From a virus, in the IMG/VR virus record IMGVR_UViG_3300035698_024280: 64,000 nucleotides of DNA; one strand, written 5' to 3'. The notes under the pieces were generated by a model that had not been told where the DNA came from, did not search any database, and saw only the letters and a program-made list of their open reading frames with translations. Positions 8,219 through 16,606 of the stretch are shown one piece after another. A program made the translations under genes and the position numbers. Numbering within the stretch: the stretch's first letter is position 1; every line of letters begins with the position of its first letter.

Positions 8219-8911
8219 CTAGTTTGCTACCTTTAATTTTTTCCGTACAATTGTATTAATTCCCGGATATTGCTGTCGAATTTGTGGGATGATAACACGG
8301 CGTAGCCAGTTTCTACGAATAGTAATATCCTCATTAGATGGGTCTTCTACGATATGATCGTTTAAGCATTTATCTCTAACATAATTATTAATATCTGACC
8401 TTTCAGTATCTGCTACAAAAGGTCTAATTACTGTATAATTACCTCGATTAGTTCTTGTAGGGATAGGCATGAAGTCTGCATGGCCATTAAGACAATTCAT
8501 TAGATAGGACTCTACACAATCATCTAGGTGGTGACATACTACAATCTCTTCATCTCTCGTGTCTTCGAGAGCTGTACTAAATAGCTTATATCTAACATTT
8601 CTAAAATCTGATTCAGATTTAAGCTTGACCTTATTAGAATATCTCATTACTGCATACTCAATAAGAGTCACCTCTTCTCCAGCCTCCCGCCGCCATCGAC
8701 GTTCTGTATTTAAATAGTGTACATATTCAATGAAGGCCGTCTCTGCCTCTTGACTGTATGGGGTACCGTGATTTACATGAATGAGTTTTAACTTTCTATA
8801 CCCAGAGCATAAAAAATGAGATAGAGCGACGCTATCTTTACCCATTGACACTGCAACATTAAGCGTTGCCCATTTGGGTGTTTCAATATTGTTTTTATTA
8901 AACCTAATCAT
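8219..8911 (-). CDS. tilS: tRNA(Ile)-lysidine synthetase-like PP-loop ATPase (catalytic domain only)
   Basis: VAVSMGKDS PP-loop; IHVNHG; RNVRYKLF; CHHLDDCVESYLMN; IRPF; EDPSNED...RRNWLR. Confidence 0.85.
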   Translation of the reverse strand: MIRFNKNNIETPKWATLNVAVSMGKDSVALSHFLCSGYRKLKLIHVNHGTPYSQEAETAFIEYVHYLNTERRWRREAGEEVTLIEYAVMRYSNKVKLKSESDFRNVRYKLFSTALEDTRDEEIVVCHHLDDCVESYLMNCLNGHADFMPIPTRTNRGNYTVIRPFVADTERSDINNYVRDKCLNDHIVEDPSNEDITIRRNWLRRVIIPQIRQQYPGINTIVRKKLKVAN

Positions 8912-8928
8912 CGTTCCTCATATATTAA

Positions 8929-9153
8929 TTATAAAGAAGTTCCTAAAGGTTGGTAATGGAAAAAATTTCGAATTCTTGTTCTCGTACTAGGGGAACAGTC
9001 GGAACTACCCATATATTGCAGTATGGCGTCCCCGACGGTTCCCGAGCCCAGACCCCCGAAGTGGTTTATTAGCTCATCAACATCAGCTGTACACTCTTCT
9101 AAAATAGTGTCCGGCTGATCATCATCTTTTTTGGTTGCGGAAATACTGGGCAT
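8929..9153 (-). CDS. Hypothetical protein (74 aa)
   Basis: ORF track. Confidence 0.5.
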   Translation of the reverse strand: MPSISATKKDDDQPDTILEECTADVDELINHFGGLGSGTVGDAILQYMGSSDCSPSTRTRIRNFFHYQPLGTSL

Positions 9154-9163
9154 TTATTATCTA

Positions 9164-9457
9164 TTAAAGTTCGCACCGATCCAGCAAAGATATCATTCTG
9201 CTGTTAATTTGCCGTAAATATTCTATTTGGTGCAAAATAGATAGAGTAAGAGGCGCTGCATCCGTTCCTACCTCAGTATTACTAGCAGTCTCTGGATTTT
9301 GCGCAGGTATCTCGGCTAATACAGGGGCAAGTTTATATGTAAGATCTGTAACGATACTGTCGGTATATTCTATTACTGACTGCATCTCTGCTATAATACA
9401 GTCAATTCGCGATTGATTACTAGGTTCGGGGAGGGAGGGTAGTTGTAGGTCTGACAT
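9164..9457 (-). CDS. Hypothetical protein (97 aa)
   Basis: ORF track. Confidence 0.55.
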   Translation of the reverse strand: MSDLQLPSLPEPSNQSRIDCIIAEMQSVIEYTDSIVTDLTYKLAPVLAEIPAQNPETASNTEVGTDAAPLTLSILHQIEYLRQINSRMISLLDRCEL

Positions 9458-9459
9458 AT

Positions 9460-9705
9460 TTATGTATTGGTTTTGTTTGTTTGTTTAAAATTTTCTTGCA
9501 TTCTCTCAGATTCTTCGAAGTAATTCCAACCGGTGCATGTTTCTACCGCTGCGGTCCATCTCTCTAGATTTTTACCCCAAGGTCGGGTAGCTTTATGATC
9601 TGCCCCCATAAAGACATATGCCTCCTTGAGCAGCTCCATTAGTTCGGAACTAAGCAGCGAAGGGGAAATTAAATCTTCTACAATTCTAGGCGATGTAAGC
9701 TTCAT
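9460..9705 (-). CDS. Hypothetical protein (81 aa; start reassigned to MKLTSP)
   Basis: The GGAAC-N5-TATAAT motif at 9712-9727 overlaps the longer ORF start and lies 6 nt upstream of the ATG at 9705. Confidence 0.5.
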   Translation of the reverse strand: MKLTSPRIVEDLISPSLLSSELMELLKEAYVFMGADHKATRPWGKNLERWTAAVETCTGWNYFEESERMQENFKQTNKTNT

Positions 9706-9744
9706 TATATAATTATACCCTAGTTCCATTTAATTATGAGGTTA

Positions 9745-10137
9745 CTATGATCCAGTAGTAATGGTTATAGTCCGTTGAGCCTCATCAATATATAGATACT
9801 CAAGGTATATATGATGGCCATTATTCACACGCTCAAAATATTTAAATATATCTGGCCACTTAGGGCTATACACCATTTCGTAATCGTCTAAATGATTTCC
9901 AGGCTTAAGGCTGGCTAATTTGAGTATCCACTTACCCCTTCTAATTGGAATTGTTCTAGTAAGTTTAGGTGCTTTAATATGCCACTCAGCGTCCCCTTGT
10001 GTTCCTCCCTCAGGTATTTCAAATATTGAGAATATTGTATCAATCTGTCCTAATTCCTCGGCTCGTTTTTGCAGATGCTTATATGTAGTATTACTAGTAC
10101 ATGCGTTAGGGTCCCGGTTTTTTGTATCACTTATCAT
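9745..10137 (-). CDS. Hypothetical protein (130 aa)
   Basis: ORF track; C-terminal HHIYLE...ITITTGS. Confidence 0.55.
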   Translation of the reverse strand: MISDTKNRDPNACTSNTTYKHLQKRAEELGQIDTIFSIFEIPEGGTQGDAEWHIKAPKLTRTIPIRRGKWILKLASLKPGNHLDDYEMVYSPKWPDIFKYFERVNNGHHIYLEYLYIDEAQRTITITTGS

Positions 10138-10265
10138 TTTTCTTTACGCTTATCAGCCTCCAATGCCTTAGCTTTTAATTTCTTAATAGCTACTATTCTA
10201 TCGTAGGTCGCGTTATATTTATCAATATTCACAGATCTATACCTATCTCCTTTTCCAGCACTCAT
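10134..10265 (-). CDS. Small conserved phage protein (43 aa, MSAGKGDRYRSVNIDKYNATYDRI...)
   Basis: Translated by hand (below the ORF track cutoff); GKGD..R.V....Y...YDRI pattern recalled from other phages; TAAATA just upstream. Confidence 0.55.
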   Translation of the reverse strand: MSAGKGDRYRSVNIDKYNATYDRIVAIKKLKAKALEADKRKEK

Positions 10266-10266
10266 T

Positions 10267-10740
10267 TTATTTACTTTGGGCGAGTTTTTTGCACTCCTCT
10301 AACTCATTATATATACGGATCGCCTTTAGTCCAATTTTTTCCCAGTTTTCTGCTTCTCCTTCACATTGCTTTACGTTCCACTTATCAACAGGTCTTTCTG
10401 ATACCATATGTATATGAGATCTACCGATAATCCAATACTGATACCAATGACAGAACTCGTGGAAGATCGTCTCAACGAAAAGTTTATAGGTAGGGCAATT
10501 ATCAACATTGATATAAATTGTTTTACCGAAATAGAAGTACCCAACGAGATCGGTATTCTCATCTGTATCAGATTCAAATGCCTTTACTCTTATAATATTA
10601 CTAACGGCTTGTCTATTAGGGATAGACCAATTGTATACTAACGTCATGCAATAAGATAATAATCGCCAATCTACTTCACGATCGTACACGTTATTAAATA
10701 TTTTACGATCCTGTTTACTCGGAGATAGTGTTATTTGCAT
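10267..10740 (-). CDS. Putative zincin metallopeptidase-like protein
   Basis: TIFHEFCHWYQ (HExxH) and downstream CEGEAENWE. Confidence 0.55.
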   Translation of the reverse strand: MQITLSPSKQDRKIFNNVYDREVDWRLLSYCMTLVYNWSIPNRQAVSNIIRVKAFESDTDENTDLVGYFYFGKTIYINVDNCPTYKLFVETIFHEFCHWYQYWIIGRSHIHMVSERPVDKWNVKQCEGEAENWEKIGLKAIRIYNELEECKKLAQSK

Positions 10741-10755
10741 ATAATTGGTTGCTGG

Positions 10756-12499
10756 TTATTTATTGTCATTGAAAAATGTGTACATATGAAATCGAATACT
10801 ACGAACGGTACGGGTATTCCTTTGTAGCCGCTCGTTGTATATACGGAATAATGGCCTTGTAGGGCTAAGAGATAATAGGGAGTTAATACTACTCATCTCC
10901 TGATTCATTAAATCGTGAAATTTAGTTGCACCGCCGCTCCAGACTGATAGTCTCGCGATAATGGGTATATTATTTTTACTCATTGAAATAATTATGCAAT
11001 TCTGCCTTGACTAAATGTGTAGGGCCAGTATTAGAACCCGAAATAGATCGTCTTCCCATCATTAAATTAGTTATATCTATTAAACTTCGGGTTTGTTGTT
11101 TGCCATATGCTGTAGAGAGTGGATCGGCTGACGGATCACATAAATAAGGATCAACGCATGTTGAAATACTGTAGTTTTTATTTTTGTTGTAAATTTTGTT
11201 GAAAATTAAAGTCATTACTATCTGTGCGATTGGGAGTCTAACATATCTGATGATATCTGTCCATCAGGTACTCTGACACCGATGGGTATAAATTTACGCT
11301 CGAGGCTTGCTTATCTCTATATACTTTAAAGATCATTTTAAATAAAGGCTGACAGTCATTCTTCAGTGCGGGTAGTCCAGTACTAGCAATTCGATAATAG
11401 AGACCATAGGAGACCGATTCTTGTATTTGCTTCCTCAGCGAGAGTACCTTTTGACCTGCCGGCGAGATAGATGATATGTTATATTTGAGTTCTATTATTT
11501 GCTGGAGTTGATTTTTTTGCGACCCTTGCTACATTGTTTAAAATATGCTACCGCTAAAGGGTTAAAAAATCTAGTAGCTCGAGGGGTATACCCGCCTTGC
11601 TTTTGCCTAAATATATGCCAAATCGCTTTATTGGGGTATTTGCATGTGTCATTTAACCTGCAAGTAGTACTCCAAGAATCGGTGTAAGATTGTACTACTC
11701 GACATCTTAGTTTGTATCTAAAATAATTCATCACGTCTATAAATTTAATATATAATTTGTCAATTTATCTCTTAACATACCTCTGTTCTTTTGCAGCTCG
11801 CGATGTGCGAGATGCGCACGATTTATATACCAGCTTATTAAGCCAGGCAATTCATCCGTTACAGCAGTAAATAATGAGAGGTAGAGATCGTCAATCACTT
11901 CACTATGTGGGGAGTCTATTAACCTCTCCTTTAATTGTTTGCTTTGATCACATTTCATCACGCTTATAAATTTGCTATATTTTTTGTAGAACTGTGCATA
12001 AAATTTGTCAATATAGCTCTTAAAGTGAATCTGTTACCTTGCTTCTCGCTATATAGATCCCAGATATATCCAGGCTCTTCTATATCCGACGGGTATTTAC
12101 ATAAAGAATATAACGGGGCGACTCGATGCCTCACATCAGCAGAACCTGGAATTTCTGATATACTATTTATTAATTCCTCTCTTCGTCGGTTATATGTTGA
12201 TTTTATAACTTTAATGTATTAATGTCATTTTCTGTCATATATCTTATCAGTGCAAGGTATATAGCGCATTTATTGTTTACTTTGTTTCTATATAAATCTG
12301 CGGCCTCATTAGCAAAGCTGCATATATTTCTAAGCGGGGTAATGTGAGTATACATAATATTATTACCGCCGGCGCAAGGCGCTAATAACACGCTAGCTTT
12401 TAATTTATCCCGGCGAGTCTGTTGAGTATATCCAGTGTTACCAGTCTTAAGTTGTTTTATCATGGGGGGTTTAATTTTAATATTTGTAAAGTAGTGCAT
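10756..12499 (-). other. Cluster of small orphan ORFs (10756-10983, 10976-11215, 11495-11734, 11737-11961, 12203-12499)
   Basis: Tightly packed 74-98 aa minus-strand ORFs with no recognisable motifs. Confidence 0.45.
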
Positions 12500-12527
12500 T
12501 GAGCTTATTTTAGTCTCAATGCACTAC
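12491..12527 (-). promoter_or_regulatory. 13-bp perfect hairpin sequestering the start codon of 12203..12499
   Basis: gtagtgcattgag (12491-12503) and ctcaatgcactac (12515-12527) are exact reverse complements; the ATG (12497-12499) lies in the 3' arm on the minus strand. Confidence 0.65.
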
Positions 12528-12623
12528 ATATAAAGAGGCTACCTCATTTTCAACAAATGATTGATACTTGTCAATTCAAGTCCGGCTTGCGCCTGAGGTA
12601 TTTCTATGTATGGCTAATACAAA

Positions 12624-13538
12624 TTACATACTATGCTTCCAGGAAGCTGTCGTCCCTCTGCCGTATTTAACTAATTTGCCTTGCTGGCATAAATTTCTCA
12701 AGAGGTAATTAGCCCTAGTAGCATCTATATTAAGATCACTACATACTCGAGATACATCAAGTCCTGGAGGCTCATTAATTTGCATAATTTCTACTAATTC
12801 CTGATCTTTTTTCGCGCTCTTAGATTTAGACTTAGCTGTAGTTGAATCAGCAGCGACAACTGTCTTAGAAAAATCAAATCCCTTAGCACCGAAATATGTC
12901 GCGCACTCATACAGTGACCCGTAACGGTTTTTGCTAGTCGAAATAGTTCTGATTGTCATATCATCATCATCAACTCCGATCGTCATATTAATATCTACTG
13001 CATGAGGGATAGCAGTGCTCCCCTTATAACCACCCCCTTTAGTAACGTGTAGTACGACGGTCAGCGCTGTTTTTGTTCTCTTCGCAGCTGATACGAGTTT
13101 GCTAATAGCTTCTTCCTGACCTGACATATTAAGCCTCTTACCATTCATAGTAAGACATGGGAAGGAATCATAAACTAAGAAGTCAACTTCTTCCATATGA
13201 CTGATAATAATATCTACATTATTTTCATTTGCAATTAAAACGTCACTTACCCCAAGTCTCTTACTCGAGTATGCAATCATTTCTTCTGACTCTTCACCAG
13301 TAACGTATGCTGCAGAATATCCGGAATCTTCTAGAGACTGACAGATCTGAAGATACAATGTGGTTTTACCACTTCCGGGTGGAGCAGCAATGGTTGAAAC
13401 TGAACCTGGCAGTATACCTTCACCGCCATATACCTGATCAATTTGAGAAATGCCAGTCTTCATTCTAGAAAAATATTCTTCTGGAATAATAACATCAGAA
13501 ACTTTTCTCAATGAGGTCTTTGTGTGTGCAATATTCAT
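12624..13538 (-). CDS. RadA/Sms-like RecA-superfamily ATPase with C-terminal HTH-like extension
   Basis: TGISQIDQVYGG.GILPGS; Walker A APPGSGKTT; YVTGEES; Walker B FLVYDS; KNRYG (RadA KNRFG signature). No N-terminal Zn finger or Lon domain. Confidence 0.75.
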   Translation of the reverse strand: MNIAHTKTSLRKVSDVIIPEEYFSRMKTGISQIDQVYGGEGILPGSVSTIAAPPGSGKTTLYLQICQSLEDSGYSAAYVTGEESEEMIAYSSKRLGVSDVLIANENNVDIIISHMEEVDFLVYDSFPCLTMNGKRLNMSGQEEAISKLVSAAKRTKTALTVVLHVTKGGGYKGSTAIPHAVDINMTIGVDDDDMTIRTISTSKNRYGSLYECATYFGAKGFDFSKTVVAADSTTAKSKSKSAKKDQELVEIMQINEPPGLDVSRVCSDLNIDATRANYLLRNLCQQGKLVKYGRGTTASWKHSM

Positions 13539-13627
13539 TTAACTATTAAGTTTGTTTGGTTTAGGTTGTTTGTTCAATATAATTATACGGGGGTTCCCTT
13601 CCCTACCCTAATACTAATTTAATTTGA

Positions 13628-14038
13628 TTATTTCATCACAACAGCGCAGCCGCATTTAGGGCACTCGTAGTCCCAGCAGCACTGACAGGGGAGAGGTGTA
13701 TATGGTGGTTCTGGATACTGAGCTGCCTGCTCCCACCCACAATCATCGAAGCATACCCACCCCGGGCCGTCGGGATCATCTGATTCATTTACATCTAAGA
13801 GGTCACCATAGATTTCTATATTAATCATATGCTGCAAACTCTGCATTTCTGACATATAAATATTATAATTATCCCAATCTCCTTTGTCAAAGGATTTATA
13901 TGTATTAGTCTGAGCAATGTTATACTTATCTTGTAATACTCTATACCGAGCTCTAAGAATTGTCAGTTCCTGCACAGATTTGGAGTGCTCGAAGACTCGC
14001 TTACAATATTTGTATATTTCTCTTAGTCTAATTTTCAT
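13628..14038 (-). CDS. Hypothetical protein with Cys-rich C-terminus (136 aa)
   Basis: ORF track; PCQCCWDYECPKCGC. Confidence 0.5.
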   Translation of the reverse strand: MKIRLREIYKYCKRVFEHSKSVQELTILRARYRVLQDKYNIAQTNTYKSFDKGDWDNYNIYMSEMQSLQHMINIEIYGDLLDVNESDDPDGPGWVCFDDCGWEQAAQYPEPPYTPLPCQCCWDYECPKCGCAVVMK

Positions 14039-14058
14039 ACAGTCTGTATTATCTAAAT

Positions 14059-14183
14059 GGGTGGTGCTGGGAGTCGAACCCAGTAAGATACCTATCTCTT
14101 AATGTGAGACTCGAACTCACACACTCAACCAGAGTCACAACCAGGATTTGAACCCAGCTTCGGCTTCCGTGTCGCCCACCACC
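14059..14183 (-). ncRNA. Candidate tRNA-like ncRNA with acceptor stem and three D-loop/T-loop-like modules
   Basis: GGTGGTG...CACCACC closing stem; T-arm hairpins CTGGG-TTCAAAT-CCTGG, GTGAG-TTCGAGT-CTCAC and CTGGG-TTCGACT-CCCAG; intergenic; GGAAC-N5-TATAAT motif upstream at 14220-14235. Confidence 0.65.
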
Positions 14184-14267
14184 TATTTAAATAATAACGT
14201 CTCAATACCCTATAATATAATTATATTGAAGTTCCGTAAAAAATATACATTTGCCTTAAATATTAGT

Positions 14268-15020
14268 ATGTCATACTCAAACGTAGGAAAAGTCTGGACT
14301 CCGGAAACTTTTGATCAGTATCTTAATACTATAAAGGTTCCGAGTTGGTGTAAAAGTGTAACCATGCATCACACATGGGCACCTAATCTCGAGACTAGGC
14401 CGCGTGGGTTTACAATTCAGCACATAGTAAATATAAAAAATTACTATCAAAAAAAATTAGGATGGTCGAGGGGACCTCATCTGTTTATTGATGAGGATCA
14501 AATTTTCGGAATGTCGCCTCTCCAATCCAGCGGCATCCACGCCCGCTCCTTTAACTCTACGTCGATCGGTATAGAAGTTCTAGGTAATTATGATACTGAA
14601 GATCCGGAATCGGGTAGAGGTCTGGAGTCTTGGGAAACTGCGGCTGCAACAGCAAGGTCTTTAATTAAATGGATGGGTAATAATTCCACAATAGATAGCA
14701 GCGATGTTAAGTTCCATCGAGAAGACCCTAAAAGTTATAAAACATGCCCTGGTAAAAAAGTTAATAAGGATTGGTTTTTATCTCTCGTTAATAATGAGGC
14801 TACGGACAGCTCATCTCCAGGTACGGAACCGGAATTTGTACCTGTTGTAGAATGGTTGGTTGCAAATCGGGGCATCTCGGCGGATACAGCTGCAAAACAT
14901 CTTAGCAATAAAGGCGGTATGGTATATTTTAGTACCTTTTGGTTAGAAAATTCCTACTATAATCGGTCGGAGAAGGCTACGTATGCCCCAGTATCAGAAC
15001 TGAAACAGATACCAGAATAA
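14268..15020 (+). CDS. N-acetylmuramoyl-L-alanine amidase (Amidase_2), probable endolysin
   Basis: TMHHTW; PHLFID; GIHARSFNSTSIGIEVLGNYD; HRE...KTCPG. Start at 14268, 5 nt after TAAATA. Confidence 0.85.
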   Translation: MSYSNVGKVWTPETFDQYLNTIKVPSWCKSVTMHHTWAPNLETRPRGFTIQHIVNIKNYYQKKLGWSRGPHLFIDEDQIFGMSPLQSSGIHARSFNSTSIGIEVLGNYDTEDPESGRGLESWETAAATARSLIKWMGNNSTIDSSDVKFHREDPKSYKTCPGKKVNKDWFLSLVNNEATDSSSPGTEPEFVPVVEWLVANRGISADTAAKHLSNKGGMVYFSTFWLENSYYNRSEKATYAPVSELKQIPE

Positions 15021-15024
15021 TAAA

Positions 15025-15057
15025 TTAACGGGCCCTTAGTTACTAAGGGCCCGTTAA
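15025..15057. terminator. Bidirectional terminator hairpin
   Basis: ttaacgggcccttag / ctaagggcccgttaa perfect 15-bp inverted repeat between convergent genes. Confidence 0.8.
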
Positions 15058-15093
15058 AAGTATAGCACACACTACACTAGGTTGAACAAATTA

Positions 15094-15939
15094 TTACGCC
15101 CCTTGAAGTATCTCCAGTGCCTGAGTAGACATTGTGGATGCGGTTAGGGTTCGGATCAGTTTAGCTGGAGTAAATTTCTGGTGAGATTCAAATTCCGTTA
15201 CGGCGTTTAGTGCATCCCATTTCGTTTTGCCTTCATTCGCTCTGCCGTTGTTGCCGAACTTCGAGATTAGACATGACCTCTTACTGACCCTCTTTGTAGA
15301 CTCATCGTCTTGTTTGGGCATTAATTTATGAGATAATAGTACCATTTTATCCTTTGTAAATGGCTGATCTCTTAGCCTATTGGCAATTGTCTGGAAGTTC
15401 TTTACAGTTTCAATATTCGATTGAATATTAGTAACAAACATTTCCACTCGCTCATCAAAATTGTAATTATGACGTAGTGAGGTATTTCGAGTATTACCGG
15501 TCGATTCCTTATGCTTATATCTAACTAGATGTAGAGCATTATCACACGAAATCCGCATGGTTGAGGGGATGACCATATTTGCAGATTTTCCAGAATTATC
15601 AATAATAGTATAAAAAATTCCCTCGATCGGATCATCAGTTAATCCGAAGTTGCCGATCTTTGATTGGATCAATACCTTCTTACCTGATGAGCTCGTAGTA
15701 TATCCAATATGCTCAATATCACCCGCCGCTTTAGATGCAACTTTGATTGTCTCAATCATCTCATTCATTTGAATGGGGCGATATGAATTGGTGCAAGACC
15801 CTAAATGCTCTCGACTATCAGTTCGCATAAGCGAAAAAAGATTGGGAATCGGTTCGTTTCTAGAATCAAATAAAGGCTCTTTAATAACCTCAAATTGCGG
15901 TACCTCGTCTAATGATTTAATGTTTGTTAGGAATCCCAT
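15094..15939 (-). CDS. DUF932-family protein (phage/plasmid, TIGR03299-like)
   Basis: MRTDSREHLG....SYRPIQ; RISCDNAL; LRHN; GKTKWDALNAVTEFESH. Confidence 0.75.
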   Translation of the reverse strand: MGFLTNIKSLDEVPQFEVIKEPLFDSRNEPIPNLFSLMRTDSREHLGSCTNSYRPIQMNEMIETIKVASKAAGDIEHIGYTTSSSGKKVLIQSKIGNFGLTDDPIEGIFYTIIDNSGKSANMVIPSTMRISCDNALHLVRYKHKESTGNTRNTSLRHNYNFDERVEMFVTNIQSNIETVKNFQTIANRLRDQPFTKDKMVLLSHKLMPKQDDESTKRVSKRSCLISKFGNNGRANEGKTKWDALNAVTEFESHQKFTPAKLIRTLTASTMSTQALEILQGA

Positions 15940-16014
15940 AATGGTCGTTTGTAGATATATTGTCTTCTCTCTAATTATACTAGGGTTCCTAAACAGTATC
16001 CCCTTAAGATATAA

Positions 16015-16407
16015 TTACTTAGTATTTAAAATTGTTAAGTGGAACGGTGAGAATCCAGGCTCAATTTTATGTATGTTGAGCTGCTTCCTAATATTAATAA
16101 AATCGACGGAATATGCATCTAGCCAGAAGTTCAGAAACCCGCGAGAGAACCCTCCGTAGTTGCCGCTAATGTCAACACTAAAATCTACCGGGGTATCATT
16201 AAGATGTAAAAATTTTGTACAGTCAACATCATGGATTTTAGAACTCACTACACCAACGTGCGCGCCATGTCTTGGTCGGTTTGATTTAATGGTATTAAAG
16301 TGATGACGGTTAAAAAGCCATTGGTAATATTTACATATATCGTCACATGTTTTTACTTTAATTGATCGATTAGTAACTACATAGTTACCGGATAGGTTTA
16401 CATTCAT
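16015..16407 (-). CDS. Putative 2H-phosphoesterase-like protein
   Basis: Two spaced motifs, GAHVGV and PFHLTI, resemble the paired HxT/S motifs of the 2H superfamily; the first is degenerate. Confidence 0.4.
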   Translation of the reverse strand: MNVNLSGNYVVTNRSIKVKTCDDICKYYQWLFNRHHFNTIKSNRPRHGAHVGVVSSKIHDVDCTKFLHLNDTPVDFSVDISGNYGGFSRGFLNFWLDAYSVDFINIRKQLNIHKIEPGFSPFHLTILNTK

Positions 16408-16606
16408 CTCTCAATTTTCGTACACAGCTTAAGGATTCAACCGTGAGTCTACGGTCATTTTCTAACAGACCCCTTGCAAAAGAATTTTCTTCATTAGACT
16501 CGTTATTGTGTATATAAACAAGAAACGACATCAGAGAGTCTTCTATTTTATACAGATCATCAGATCTGCTTTCCCAAGGGAGAGTAAAGTTCCAATCACC
16601 ACTCAT
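16385..16606 (-). CDS. Hypothetical protein (73 aa)
   Basis: ORF track. Confidence 0.45.
   Translation of the reverse strand: MSGDWNFTLPWESRSDDLYKIEDSLMSFLVYIHNNESNEENSFARGLLENDRRLTVESLSCVRKLRDECKPIR

Noticed and set aside
14059-14183. Canonical tRNA or tmRNA
   Set aside because: There is no anticodon stem-loop in the canonical position and it has three T-arms. It is far shorter than tmRNA, with no G3:U70 pair or tag ORF. Kept as a novel ncRNA candidate instead.
14148-14267. N-terminal 40 aa of the amidase ORF as given in the ORF track
   Set aside because: It starts at a non-ATG codon, overlaps the tRNA-like element and a promoter, and the ATG at 14268 has the TAAATA-N5 signature. The same logic shortens the 29545, 49760 and 58596 ORFs.
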